64,000 nt of DNA. Origin: an uncultured delta proteobacterium (GTDB lineage Bacteria; Desulfobacterota; WTBG01). Within the stretch, counting starts at the first letter, position 1; every line of letters starts with the position of its first letter. Shown in pieces: positions 1 to 10,368 of this stretch. The stretch is from positions 117,652 through 181,651 of the forward strand of contig CAWCBP010000011.1 in the NCBI GenBank assembly GCA_963793865.1. The letters run 5' to 3'. The position numbers and the translations under genes were made by a program. Under the pieces are notes generated by a model. The model did not search any database. It saw nothing but the letters and a program-made list of their open reading frames with translations, and was not told the origin of the DNA.

Positions 1-504
1 GAGATCCTGGTTGAAGCTTTCACTTCCGGTGCTATCGGTATGCCCCTCTATCCGGATGGAAGTTTCGGGATAGCGGTTCAGGATAGCTGCCACCCGGTCA
101 ATCTCATCATAGGAGCCGGCTTTTAAAGCCGAGGAACCGGTATCAAACCAGACATCTCCCTGGAAGGTCAGCACCAGGACTTCGACGTCACGTCGCCCGG
201 CTTCATTGGTTGCATCTTCGAGGACCCTCTGCTCGCGTTTGATCGATGCTCCTTCTGCATCGCCAAGAGCCTGTTTGAATTCTTTTTCCTGTTTCTCAAA
301 CATATAGCCAATTACGCCTCCGGCAAGTGCACCCACAGCAGCTCCTATGCCGGCACCTTTACCCCCGCCTATGGCCGCGCCGACGCCGGCCCCGACAGCT
401 GCCCCGGCCACTGTTCCGATTGCCGTCTTTTTGTGCTCCTTAATGGTCGAGCATCCTCCAGCAATAAGCGCAATTGAGATACACAAAACCACACATCTTT
501 TCAT
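1..504 (-). CDS. OmpA-family lipoprotein with glycine zipper (YiaD-like); C-terminus runs off the window start
   Basis: Manual translation, not in the ORF track: MKRCVVLCISIALIAGGC lipobox, GAAVGAGVGAAIGG zipper, VWFDTGSS...IRIEGHTDSTGS OmpA motif; AAGGAGG RBS upstream. Confidence 0.9.
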   Translation of the reverse strand, partial: MKRCVVLCISIALIAGGCSTIKEHKKTAIGTVAGAAVGAGVGAAIGGGKGAGIGAAVGALAGGVIGYMFEKQEKEFKQALGDAEGASIKREQRVLEDATNEAGRRDVEVLVLTFQGDVWFDTGSSALKAGSYDEIDRVAAILNRYPETSIRIEGHTDSTGSESFNQDL

Positions 505-608
505 CGCCTTTCCTCCTTTCCGTTTATTACATACCGCAAAGTACATTCCTTTAATACAATCTATGCCAAAATAATTCATTAGTCAATCTGAATTTCAATG
601 CCGCATAC

Positions 609-2476
609 TTATCTCCTCCCGAAACCCATTGCTTTGGGCTGCAAGTATGAGCGGTTCATGCTGCCTTTATTAGAAGGGGCAGGCCGCTCTGTCTTCAGCC
701 TGGGCGTGCTTTCATGCCTTTGAACATTTAACGTTCGTGGTGCTTCCCGCTTTTGGAACGTAAACCCTGAAGCGCTTGACGGCCTTCGCTGATTAATGTC
801 CGGGAGCACCTGCCTCCGCTCTCCTCCCGGTATTCCAACGCGCTGCTTCCGCTCCGGTGTCGCCCGCAATTGTGGTGCTGTCTGCGGAATCTTTGTTTCC
901 GGTTTATAGCGTTGAATGGGCTTGAATATTGACGCAGTATTGCCCCGGATTGTCTGCACGCCGGATGATTTTTTTGTCTGCGCCGGCAGTGTTTTAACAG
1001 GTTGTTTGAAAGCCTTGCTGCGACCGACCGGGGGCGCGGTTTTCCGAATTGCTGTTGCCTTCCCGGTTGTAAAAGGATTGTCTGCCGCTTTCATCCGGGC
1101 AGTGGTCCTGAATGCTGCCGGCTGCGGTAATTTTTTCCCTTCGCGGGCATCAAAGGCAAACCGCCGCTTCATGGTGGTGAAGTCGTTTATGACCCTGCTG
1201 TTTATGCCTGCTTCCCTCCGGAAATTGTCGATAAAGGCATCAGCCCGGTTCCGGATTCTCTCATTGCTGTAATTGGTAACGCTGTAGAAATTGCTTTTTT
1301 TGACAATGACAGCATGCTTTTTGTACCGGCAGTGTTTGATATCAAAATCCTTCGGGTGATGGCGGGGATCCTTGCCAACCACGCGTGATAGAGAACCCCA
1401 GGACCGGTTGCAGTAATATGGTTCACGGGGTGCCAGGGGAATCCAGCCGACATAGTCGCCCCTGTGGATCCACGACACCCTGCCGGGATACCATGCCGGG
1501 GGGATGGCCGGGAAATAAACATCCCTGCGTCTTCGATGACAGTCCGGCGGCGCCCAGTACCATCGATTGCAGCTGTCTATGTATACCCAGTTTCCGTAGT
1601 GGTGGGTTACGTATCCAAAGGGTTCATAGGGAATCCAGCAGTGGTCGCCGTACCAGCTTGTCCATCTTCCCACCGTGAACGGCGACCAGTACGATGAAAC
1701 GTGCAGCGGTCTCCAGAAGGAGCAATTTCTTCCTTCGTAATAAACTGTTTCCCAGATGCCGTTATTGCGCAGCGCATGGGATTCATAGCCGATCTCCTCG
1801 GGCAGGTAATTGTCCTCATCCCCCTGGTCCTGCAACCGCTCTTCCCACTGTCGGTCCATTTCCCGGTTCCATTCATCCCAGGCTTCATCCATCACCGCTT
1901 CTTCCTCGGTCAGGTTTTCAAAGCCCGCCAGGAGCGAAGCGTTGCCCGCGCTTACTTCATAATTCGAATTGTCATGGGGCCAGTTGAAGGTCACGGTTCC
2001 CTCAAGCGCCCGTATCCGGACTGTGTCAGTCTGCAGGCGTATGTCGCACGCGGTCAGCGGCGGCGCCTGCACGATGCCGAAGGGGGTGGTTACATTTATG
2101 GCGGTATCAGTGCTTTTGTTGTAAAAGCGCGCCATTCCCGAGTCAATCTCCATTTCGGATCTATCCTGTTCCAGGGCGGTGATGTGAAGTCTGGTATTGC
2201 CCCCGGTCCTGACCCAGGTGTTATTGGGTATGATGAATTCAGCCTTTGATCGTCTTCACAGAGCAGGAGATCTTCCGCTCCAACCGGCGAGTCCTTAACC
2301 ATGGGCACCCACTCCTCGTCGTCATCAATGTAGCGCAGGAGATTGCCCTCAACATGGGTCAGATGCCCAACCACTGCCGTGCCCTGCTCCTCAAGTGCCT
2401 GGAGTGCGAAGGCGGAGGGAATGGCCGTGAGCACCGGAATCAATGCTGCAACGATGATGGTTCTTATTGTGTTCAT
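609..2476 (-). CDS. Exported FecR-domain + DUF6600 protein with basic low-complexity tail; frameshift near 2245
   Basis: ORF 2096..2476 (signal peptide, VGHLTHVEG) joins ORF 609..2153 (VTTPFG; Trp-rich WSPFTVGRW...PFGYVTHHYGNW...WYPGRVSW). Confidence 0.75.
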
Positions 2477-2882
2477 GGCTGTCTGTGACCTCGCGCGTTG
2501 TTATTGTGCCTGACACATAAATAAACACGGCCCGGGGTAAGGAAATTGCGCGCTTTTTAATGGATGAACATAAAAAGAGTAACCCGATTTCAGTTCAAAT
2601 GCAAGGTCATGCCACTGCAGGCGCTAAGGGGATGATAAATAAGAAAAATATCAGAAAAGCGTTCAGGTACGGTCTTGCTTTTTAATACCTCCTGCTGCTG
2701 GTCAATAGATTCTTTCTATAGTAAAGCTGTTAAGTATTGAGATTATCAAATTGACATGTGTGCAGGGTGTCTGTCATTCTACCTCACGGGTAATTGTACC
2801 TTAAGGAAGATCGCGAGTAACTGCAGGCTGATTCGGCCTGGAAATGGAAAAATCAGCGTTCAGCTTAAACAAGGGGTAGTAT

Positions 2883-3485
2883 ATGAAGAAAAAAGAAATT
2901 GATACGCGGGGGCTTGCCTGTCCCGAGCCGGTGGTTTTAACCAAAAAGGCGCTCGATGAAACGGGGGCAGGAGAAATCCTGGTCCTGGCAGACACGGAAA
3001 ACGCCCGTGACAACATCGTCCGCTTTGCTCAGAGCCAGGGCTGTGAGGTGAACGTGGCTGAAGATCAGGGATATTACCGGATCAGCATCACAAAGAAAGC
3101 GGGCTCGAAGCCGGTTGCTGAGCCTTATGTTGACACGTGCCCTTCTTCCGGCAGGGAAATTGTGTATCTTTTTGACAGCGACCACGTGGGCAGCAATCGA
3201 GAGCTGGGAAAAGTGCTGTTAAACGGCTTTATGAATGCGGCGCTTTCGCTTCCCTATAAAAAGTGCGCAGTGATATTGATCAGCAAAGGGGTAAAGCTTG
3301 CCATCAGAGGTTCCTACGCGCTTGAGGTGCTGGGCAAGCTGCAAAAACAGGGGGTCAGCATTTTAATCTGCGGAACATGCCTTGACTTTTTCAAAATACG
3401 GGAGGCGGTGGAAATCGGGACCGTTTCAAATGCTCTGGAGATCATGGAGTGTATGACCGGCGCATCTAAAACCATAAAATTGTGA
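2883..3485 (+). CDS. yedF: Sulfurtransferase-like selenium metabolism protein YedF (TusA/SirA + DsrE-like)
   Basis: IDTRGLACPEPVV TusA motif at the N-terminus; ILICGTCLDFF DsrE-like motif at the C-terminus. Confidence 0.85.
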   Translation: MKKKEIDTRGLACPEPVVLTKKALDETGAGEILVLADTENARDNIVRFAQSQGCEVNVAEDQGYYRISITKKAGSKPVAEPYVDTCPSSGREIVYLFDSDHVGSNRELGKVLLNGFMNAALSLPYKKCAVILISKGVKLAIRGSYALEVLGKLQKQGVSILICGTCLDFFKIREAVEIGTVSNALEIMECMTGASKTIKL

Positions 3486-3584
3486 CTTGCCGGCGTTTAT
3501 AAGGGTGAGGTTGATTTTCCTGATGATAATTCTGTTGGTGCGGGGTGTCACCTGGGGTTTTGCTTTTAAGCTTATGCTCCGGCA

Positions 3585-4559
3585 CTACGCAACCAGCTTT
3601 AATCCGGATGCGAGCATGGCATTTTTGGTCATCTGCTTATCGAACGCGGAAAAACTGATTTTGGGCATGCGCAGTTCTCCCCCGGTCATTCCCACCAGGC
3701 CTTCCATGTATTTCCACTGCTGCAGGTTGTAGAGTCCGGTGAGCGGCAGCGTGGTGAGCACGGAGCGGATAAAAAATTTTCTCAGGGGGTCAATGGCCCA
3801 GTACAATTGCATGGCCTCATCCATTTTGCCTTCCTGCACCAGGTGGAACAGGCGGATTTCCCGCGGGTCATCCGGCGTCTGGAACACCTGCCAGGGGGCG
3901 CACCCCGACCACTGCATGCCATATTTTCTGATGAAGGTGGGCCATGCGTCGTCAAAGGGGTAGCTGATGAGAATCTTGTCCCCGAAGAGCCGAAAGCACT
4001 CGTCGATCCATGCCCAGTCCAGGATGCCGATTTTCATTGAGACCACGTTCTCAATCTCAGCAATGCGGTTCAGGAGGGGTGCCGGGAAAATCCCGGGGAA
4101 GGGGAAGTCGTACTTGACGGAGGGGAACAATTCAATGGCCAGATTGGTTGCCCTGCAGATGGCACAGGTGTAATCGTAGATGTCTTCCGGCTTCCGGGGA
4201 TGAAAGTTGGAAGGATAGCTCACCAGAAGGGAGTCGCATCCCACGGCTTCCGCGTAATGGGCCATCCCGATATTGTCCTGCAGAGAATAATAGCGAAGCT
4301 CCGTGGCTATGCCGATTTCGCCCCGGGCCTCGTCGACGCACCACTGGATGAACAGCTTGTCTTCATCCAGCGTGGTCCCGGCGCTGGTCACCAGCGCGGT
4401 GGAGAAAAATCCGTGCTTGATCAGCTCTCTGATATCATGCCGTATCCCTGCTTCATCCAGCCCAAGCGTGTCCGGGGTAAAGGATGGAAGGATGGTGCTT
4501 TCCAGCCCCCGGTAAAAACCCCTTGCCCAGCTTTTCGCCTCCGCCTTTTTGTATTCCAT
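3585..4559 (-). CDS. DHDPS/NAL-family class I aldolase (not a true DapA)
   Basis: LPSFTPD..LDEAGIRHDI, Schiff-base Lys in VVSMKIG; start MEYKK follows AGGAGG. Confidence 0.75.
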   Translation of the reverse strand: MEYKKAEAKSWARGFYRGLESTILPSFTPDTLGLDEAGIRHDIRELIKHGFFSTALVTSAGTTLDEDKLFIQWCVDEARGEIGIATELRYYSLQDNIGMAHYAEAVGCDSLLVSYPSNFHPRKPEDIYDYTCAICRATNLAIELFPSVKYDFPFPGIFPAPLLNRIAEIENVVSMKIGILDWAWIDECFRLFGDKILISYPFDDAWPTFIRKYGMQWSGCAPWQVFQTPDDPREIRLFHLVQEGKMDEAMQLYWAIDPLRKFFIRSVLTTLPLTGLYNLQQWKYMEGLVGMTGGELRMPKISFSAFDKQMTKNAMLASGLKLVA

Positions 4560-4619
4560 GGTTTCCTCCTGGTGTGGATGTGAAGACCGGCATCCGGGCA
4601 CTGCAGGTAAGCGCGCGTC

Positions 4620-6719
4620 TTAGGTGAGGCCCAGTTTTTTCATCTTCCGGTAGAGAGAGGTTCTCCCGATTTTCAGATACTGCGCCGCCAGCGCCCTGTT
4701 GTCGCCCGCCTGCTGAAGCGCCTTGGAGATGATTTCTCTTTCAGCGGATTCGCTGGTGCGGGAGAGGGTCTGCCTGAGACCTTCAGCCTTAAGCCGCCCC
4801 TCTTTTTTGTGCCGGGGGGATGCGGGGTTGATTACTTCAGGCGGCAGATCAGTCGGCCTGATGATGTTGCCTTCGCAGAGAATGCATGCCCGCTCGATGA
4901 TGTTTTCCAGCTCCCGGACATTACCCGGATATGAGTAGCCGAGGAGTATTTTCATGGCCTCACGCGAAAGCGAGATGACTTCGGAGCCGGCCTTGCATTT
5001 GTTTAAGAAGAAATTGATCAGGGGGGGTATGTCCTCAACCCGCTCTCGCAGCGGAGGAATATTGATGGTCACCACATTGATGCGATAGTAGAGGTCCTCG
5101 CGAAACCGTTTTTTCCGGGTTTCCTCAAACAGGTCCTTATGGGTGGCGGTGATGATCCGGACATCTATTTTTACCGAGCGGTTATCCCCCACGCGCCTGA
5201 TTTCATGGTCCTGGATTGTCCGCAGCAGCTTCACCTGCATATCAAGGGGGAGATCGCCGATTTCGTCCAGAAAGATGACGCCGCAATGAGCTTCTTCGAA
5301 AAGGCCGTTTTTGTCGCGGGATGCCCCGGTAAAAGCCCCCTTCACGTGCCCGAACAGCTCGCTCTCAAGCAGGTCATGGGGGATGGCGCCGCAGTTCAGT
5401 GCCACAAAGGGACCTTTGCTCCGGTAGCTTTGATGATAGAGGGCATGGGCGATAAGCTCCTTTCCCGTGCCGCTTTCGCCCTGGATGAGCACCGTGCAGT
5501 CGTTGTCGGCAACCTTGGCGATGAGCCTGAAAATGTTCTGCATTGCCAGGCTCTTGCCGACGATGGTGTCGGGTCCGTACTGCCCGGTGAGCTCCTTTTT
5601 AAGCAGGGTGATCTTTTCATCCTTCTCCATCAGCTCCTGCTCCAGGCGGGCTTTTTCGGACATGTCATGGATGTTGCGCACAAAACCGGTGATCTCGCCG
5701 GTGCCGTCCTTAAGCAGTGAGATATTCACCTCGGTGGGGATCAAAAAACCGTCCTTGTTATTGAAATACTGCCTGAAGCCGTATACCTTTCCCGCCCCGA
5801 AAAGATTGTCGATCATTTCCGCCATGGTAACAAAGTACCCCTCGTCAATGGTAACCGAACCTCCTATGGTGAGCGGATAGGTGCCGATATCCGGAGAAAC
5901 GATGGTTACCGGCTGATTGAACAGCTCCTTCTCAGTGTAGCCCACCAGTTTTTTGAATGACTCATTGGAGGTCATAATCAGTCCCGCGGGGCTGGTGACC
6001 AGGATGGCATCGATGGCATTGCCCATCACATTGTTGATGTTCACCTCGGTCTGCAGCAGATCGGCCACCAGGTCGCGGCGCATCTCGGGCGTGAGCTCGA
6101 TGGTGCTCTGCTGCAAGAGCCCCTGCTTTATATGATTCATGATCTCCTTCAGGGCGTACGAGCAGTCTACGAGCTGCTGGATGTTGAGAATAAGGTAGAG
6201 AAAGCCGATGGTTTCGCCGGCCCAGTTTACCAGGCTGAGCCGGTGCTGCAGTACGGAGATGACCTCTCCGTCGCTGGTTATGTAGGCATCTTCATGAATC
6301 CCATGGTAATGTTTTTGCTTTACCTCATAAATAAGGTAGGCGGCCCTGTTGCTCCGCTGGTCTTCAGCTTTTTTAGGCCGCTCAATCCAGAGCTTGCCCT
6401 TATACGCGCCGATGACTTCGTCTGGTGCGTAGCGGAGGGCGTCAAGCAGGTTTTGTGAGGCGTCGAGCATGATGTCCTGTGTGTCACAGACAATGCACCA
6501 GATTTCCGGGTGATCGATGACGGCGGACAATTCATCGGCGCTTTGCTCGCGGGAGAGCCGCAGAAAGGATGACAGTTGATCCGGCGTCCCGGCCGGGATG
6601 CCCCCGGGGTATATTTCTATCGCCCGTCGAATCAGGTCCTTCAAAAGATCAAGACGGCCGGCCTCTTCGTTTTTCCACTCCCGGAGGCGGTCGAATTCCT
6701 TCTGATAGTCAGTGGCCAT
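4620..6719 (-). CDS. Sigma-54-dependent activator (PAS domains, AAA+, Fis HTH)
   Basis: GESGTGKE Walker A, GAFTGA, FLDEIG, YPGNVRELEN, C-terminal IGRTSLYRKM HTH. Confidence 0.95.
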   Translation of the reverse strand: MATDYQKEFDRLREWKNEEAGRLDLLKDLIRRAIEIYPGGIPAGTPDQLSSFLRLSREQSADELSAVIDHPEIWCIVCDTQDIMLDASQNLLDALRYAPDEVIGAYKGKLWIERPKKAEDQRSNRAAYLIYEVKQKHYHGIHEDAYITSDGEVISVLQHRLSLVNWAGETIGFLYLILNIQQLVDCSYALKEIMNHIKQGLLQQSTIELTPEMRRDLVADLLQTEVNINNVMGNAIDAILVTSPAGLIMTSNESFKKLVGYTEKELFNQPVTIVSPDIGTYPLTIGGSVTIDEGYFVTMAEMIDNLFGAGKVYGFRQYFNNKDGFLIPTEVNISLLKDGTGEITGFVRNIHDMSEKARLEQELMEKDEKITLLKKELTGQYGPDTIVGKSLAMQNIFRLIAKVADNDCTVLIQGESGTGKELIAHALYHQSYRSKGPFVALNCGAIPHDLLESELFGHVKGAFTGASRDKNGLFEEAHCGVIFLDEIGDLPLDMQVKLLRTIQDHEIRRVGDNRSVKIDVRIITATHKDLFEETRKKRFREDLYYRINVVTINIPPLRERVEDIPPLINFFLNKCKAGSEVISLSREAMKILLGYSYPGNVRELENIIERACILCEGNIIRPTDLPPEVINPASPRHKKEGRLKAEGLRQTLSRTSESAEREIISKALQQAGDNRALAAQYLKIGRTSLYRKMKKLGLT

Positions 6720-6860
6720 GACACCCGGTCTCGTGCTAAAAGTTGTCAGATTAATCTTATATGCAGGATCAGAAGACTTTCAGGCATGGGATGCTTGATT
6801 ATTGCACTCTATTAAGTTCTATTCTTACATAGCATATGCGCTGCGGGCAGGCAAGTAAAA

Positions 6861-6966
6861 TGTTGCTTCCGTGGAACGTTTCTTTTGTGGTACACACAGA
6901 AATAAACCAATAATTATTAATTACTTAAATTGTTATAATTGTTTTTTCAAGGTGCAAAAATGGTAC
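6861..6966. promoter_or_regulatory. Candidate upstream activator sites (three RTGGWAC repeats)
   Basis: GTGGAAC 6871, GTGGTAC 6887 and ATGGTAC 6960, lying 85-180 bp upstream of the -24/-12 site across an AT-rich spacer. Confidence 0.35.
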
Positions 6967-7051
6967 ATAATTCCATGAGCATGTGGCAGCGCGCATATGC
7001 CCTATAATAAAATAGTTAATCAAAACAAATGCTTGCGATATTATTTTTGTG

Positions 7052-7067
7052 TGGCACGCATCTTGAA
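7052..7067 (+). promoter_or_regulatory. Sigma-54 (-24/-12) promoter for mmsA
   Basis: TGGCAC-GCATC-TTGAA versus consensus TGGCAC-N5-TTGCW; next to a divergent sigma-54 activator. Confidence 0.7.
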
Positions 7068-7118
7068 TAATACTTGGAGACAGGGCAACTCATTTTATTG
7101 TGAAAAGAGGAGAAAGAT

Positions 7119-8720
7119 ATGAGCGTAGATAAGTCAAAGAATGGATTGGATCAGGAAACTGCTACGACAAATAAGGCAAAAAAGAGGTATCTTGCTGTCG
7201 TCAAATCAAACTTCCGCAAGCTCAACTACTGCGTCAATAATGAGTGGAAGGAATCAAAAACCACAAAATACATGCCGGTCACCGACTCGAGCACCGGCGA
7301 AGCCATTGCCGAGGCCCCCTGCTGTACAAAGGAAGAGGTGCTGGAAGCAGTCAAGGCGGCCAAGGATGCATATCCGGGATGGAGAAGCACGCCGGTTCAG
7401 CAGCGCATTGAGGTGATGTTCAAATTGAAGGCGCTGATGGACGAGCACCTTGACGCACTTACCCTGAGTGTTTCGAAAGAGCTGGGCAAAAACCTTGATG
7501 AGGCCCGCGGCGACGTTATCAAGGCCATCGAGGTGATGGAATGCGCCTGCGCGACACCCTACCTCATGCAGGGTGATTCACTGATGAACGTTTCAAGAGG
7601 CCATGATACGGTGCTTTTCCGTGAACCTCTGGGTGTTTTTGCCGGCATCGTTCCCTTCAACTTCCCGGCGATGATTCCCTGGGGCTGGATGATACCTTTC
7701 TGCATCAGCTGCGGCAACACCTTCGTTCTGAAATCCGCCAGCCTGACACCGATTACCTCAATGAGAATTCTCGAACTTGCCATTGAAGCCGGGCTTCCCA
7801 AGGGGGTGGTAAACCTGGTTACCTGCAGCAGAAATGAGGCAGACCTTCTGCTTGAGCACCCGGATGTCCGGGGCATTTCCTTCGTCGGCTCCACCTCGGT
7901 CGGCAAACACATTTACTCGACCGCGGCCTTAAATGGCAAAAGAGTGCAGTGCCTGACAGAGGCCAAGAATCACGCCCTGGTTTTGCGGGACGCGGAGCTT
8001 GATGTCGCAGCCCAGAGAATCACCAACTCCACCTTCGGGTGCGCCGGGATGCGATGCATGGCGCTGCCGGTTCTGGTGGTTGAAGAATGTGTGGCCGATG
8101 AATTTGTATCCTACTTGAAGCGCTACGCAGAAACACTGAAAATCGGGTGTGCATACGACCCCGCGACGCAGCTGGGACCGGTGGTTTCCGCTGAGCACAA
8201 GAAATTTGTTTTAGACTGGATCAACACGGCTGTGAAGGAGGGCGCAAAGCTGCTTCTTGACGGCAGGAATAAAGTTGTTCCGGGATACGAAAAGGGCTTT
8301 TTCATAGGACCCACCATTTTTGATCATGTCACCGAAGAGATGACCTGCGGACAGCAGGAGGTGTTCGGCCCGGTTACGTTTGTTAAACGGGTGCAAGATT
8401 TTGAGGAAGGCATTACCCTGATGAACAGGAACCAGTTTGCAAACGGCTCGGCCATCTTTACCGAGAGCGGACACTATGCGCGCGAGTTTACCTTCAGGAC
8501 TGACGGCGGCATGGTGGGAGTGAATGTGGGCATACCGGTTCCGGTTTCCTACTTCCCCTTCTGCGGGCACAAGAATTCATTTTTCGGTGATCTGCACTGC
8601 ATGGGAAGGGACGGTGTGCAGTTCTACACCGAGTCCAAAACGATCACCTACCGCTGGCTGAAAGGTACAGTCAAGGCGAAGAAGGTGAGCACCTGGGAAG
8701 GAACCATCGCCCGCGAATAA
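7119..8720 (+). CDS. mmsA: CoA-acylating methylmalonate-semialdehyde dehydrogenase
   Basis: PFNFPAMIP, SFVGSTSVG, AKNH, GCAGMRCMA catalytic Cys, EVFGP, GMVGVNVGIPVP. Confidence 0.9.
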   Translation: MSVDKSKNGLDQETATTNKAKKRYLAVVKSNFRKLNYCVNNEWKESKTTKYMPVTDSSTGEAIAEAPCCTKEEVLEAVKAAKDAYPGWRSTPVQQRIEVMFKLKALMDEHLDALTLSVSKELGKNLDEARGDVIKAIEVMECACATPYLMQGDSLMNVSRGHDTVLFREPLGVFAGIVPFNFPAMIPWGWMIPFCISCGNTFVLKSASLTPITSMRILELAIEAGLPKGVVNLVTCSRNEADLLLEHPDVRGISFVGSTSVGKHIYSTAALNGKRVQCLTEAKNHALVLRDAELDVAAQRITNSTFGCAGMRCMALPVLVVEECVADEFVSYLKRYAETLKIGCAYDPATQLGPVVSAEHKKFVLDWINTAVKEGAKLLLDGRNKVVPGYEKGFFIGPTIFDHVTEEMTCGQQEVFGPVTFVKRVQDFEEGITLMNRNQFANGSAIFTESGHYAREFTFRTDGGMVGVNVGIPVPVSYFPFCGHKNSFFGDLHCMGRDGVQFYTESKTITYRWLKGTVKAKKVSTWEGTIARE

Positions 8721-8775
8721 CCTGTTGGTTTCGTCCCTCGCATAAAAGAGGGATGAAAGAAATTCAGAAGGTAGT

Positions 8776-8811
8776 AAAAGAGCCATTTCCTTGTGGGGAA
8801 ATGGCTCTTTT
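8776..8811. terminator. Bidirectional intrinsic terminator between convergent genes
   Basis: AAAAGAGCCATTTCC-loop-GGAAATGGCTCTTTT. Confidence 0.85.
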
Positions 8812-8844
8812 GTCATGAGCAGTGATAACCATGTTTGCGAAAGC

Positions 8845-10368
8845 TTATTCCGAGAGAGGGAAGGACACGCCGGGTGAGAGAAAACCGGTGGGGTCAATCA
8901 CCTGCTTGATTACCTTTGCCATGGCAAAGTGGGCCGGGCATTCGGTCCAGGTCCTCTTGTCCCGGCCGACGCCGAGTGGCGCCATGCCGATCTCCTGCAT
9001 CAGGCCGTCAAACTTGGCTTTAATGGCCCCGATGTAGGGGAGAAAATCCCTGCGTGCGTAATCCACCAGAAAGATGACCTCGCCCGCCGCGTTGGCATGG
9101 CCTCCCATGGACAGGTAGGTCTGGCCGCAGCTGGCGTAAAGTCGGAGTATGGGATGGGGGTGGTTGAGAAACACCGGGTTTTCCCTGCAGATCTGCTGAT
9201 AGGTTTTCATTCCCCGGTCCATGTAATCTTCAAGTTTTTCCAGAGAGTCGAACACACCACCCGAAACGAAAATGCCGCCGGAGTCGGACTGCCCGTTAAA
9301 GGTGCCGCAAATCTTCGGACTGTTGCACTGCTGCCAGCCTGCGGCGTTTTCCTCGTGCCCGTCAAGAATGGCCACCATCCACGGGGGCATCACCGTGCCT
9401 CCTCCTTCCTCGAGAATGCGGATGCATGCTTTCTGCTCAAACGCGACCTTGGCCGGAGTGCCCCTGAAAGACATGCCGATGAGATTAATGTCCTGGGTGG
9501 CCTTGACAAAATGGGCGCCTTCCTGCCAGTGCTTGCTTGAATACAGCGCATGTGTCCAGCATCCCGGCCCCATGACCGTGGCACCGCAGGCATAATCCTG
9601 CATCATCACGTTATACATGGCCTTCACCGCGCCGCTCAGGGTGGGAAAGGTAACCCAGAGGGACCTGACTTCCTGAGGGGTGGGGAAAAAGCGGAATTCC
9701 ATTTGGCTCACGATGCCGTATCCGCCATTGGAGAAAAAGGGCAGATAGGTGAGCGCCGGTCCCGGGCCGTGGGGCCAGCCCGGGCTTTTGGGGTGGGCCA
9801 TGGAACCGGTTCGTATTATTTCACCGTTTGCCAGTACCAGTTCCATGCCGGCAACGCAGTTAATGCCCATGCCGTCCTGATAACCCGCCATCTTGTTCTG
9901 GCCGGTAAACACCTGGTAGGGTACAAACAGGGATGTTCCCGGACTGCCGCCAAAGTAGGGCCTGTATCCAAGATCCATTTCCCGTATCAGCTGGCTTACC
10001 TGCAGGCCGGTAGCACCCGGTTCCGCCCTGACCACCATCCGTTCCCTGTCAACTGCAACCTTCTGCATGCGGCGGAAATCGAGGACAATGCCGGCATTGG
10101 GCTTGCCGGGTATGGATCCCACCAGCAGAACCGTACCGCCTCCCACCGGGTAAATGGGCAGATCATGCTTGCGGGCAACGTTGATGATGCCCTGCAGGTG
10201 CTTGGCCGACCCGGGATAGACGACAGCCACGGGGAGGTTTTCAGGATAGAGATTGCCCTGACCAAAATGGGTCATCACATCGGAGGCATGGTAATACCTG
10301 CTCAGGGCATCCGTGCGCACCCACTCTGAACCAACAACCTTTTTCAGTTTACTGATTACGTTCTTCAT
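8845..10368 (-). CDS. FAD-binding oxidoreductase (VAO/PCMH/GlcD family)
   Basis: PVAVVYPGS, PVGGGT, LVLANGEIIRTG, GPGP, IDPTGFLSPG; start MKNV overlaps the upstream stop (ATGA). Confidence 0.85.
   Translation of the reverse strand: MKNVISKLKKVVGSEWVRTDALSRYYHASDVMTHFGQGNLYPENLPVAVVYPGSAKHLQGIINVARKHDLPIYPVGGGTVLLVGSIPGKPNAGIVLDFRRMQKVAVDRERMVVRAEPGATGLQVSQLIREMDLGYRPYFGGSPGTSLFVPYQVFTGQNKMAGYQDGMGINCVAGMELVLANGEIIRTGSMAHPKSPGWPHGPGPALTYLPFFSNGGYGIVSQMEFRFFPTPQEVRSLWVTFPTLSGAVKAMYNVMMQDYACGATVMGPGCWTHALYSSKHWQEGAHFVKATQDINLIGMSFRGTPAKVAFEQKACIRILEEGGGTVMPPWMVAILDGHEENAAGWQQCNSPKICGTFNGQSDSGGIFVSGGVFDSLEKLEDYMDRGMKTYQQICRENPVFLNHPHPILRLYASCGQTYLSMGGHANAAGEVIFLVDYARRDFLPYIGAIKAKFDGLMQEIGMAPLGVGRDKRTWTECPAHFAMAKVIKQVIDPTGFLSPGVSFPLSE

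Noticed and set aside
552..568. Sigma-54 promoter for the OmpA gene
   Set aside because: TGGCAT is present on the minus strand but there is no correctly spaced -12 GC.
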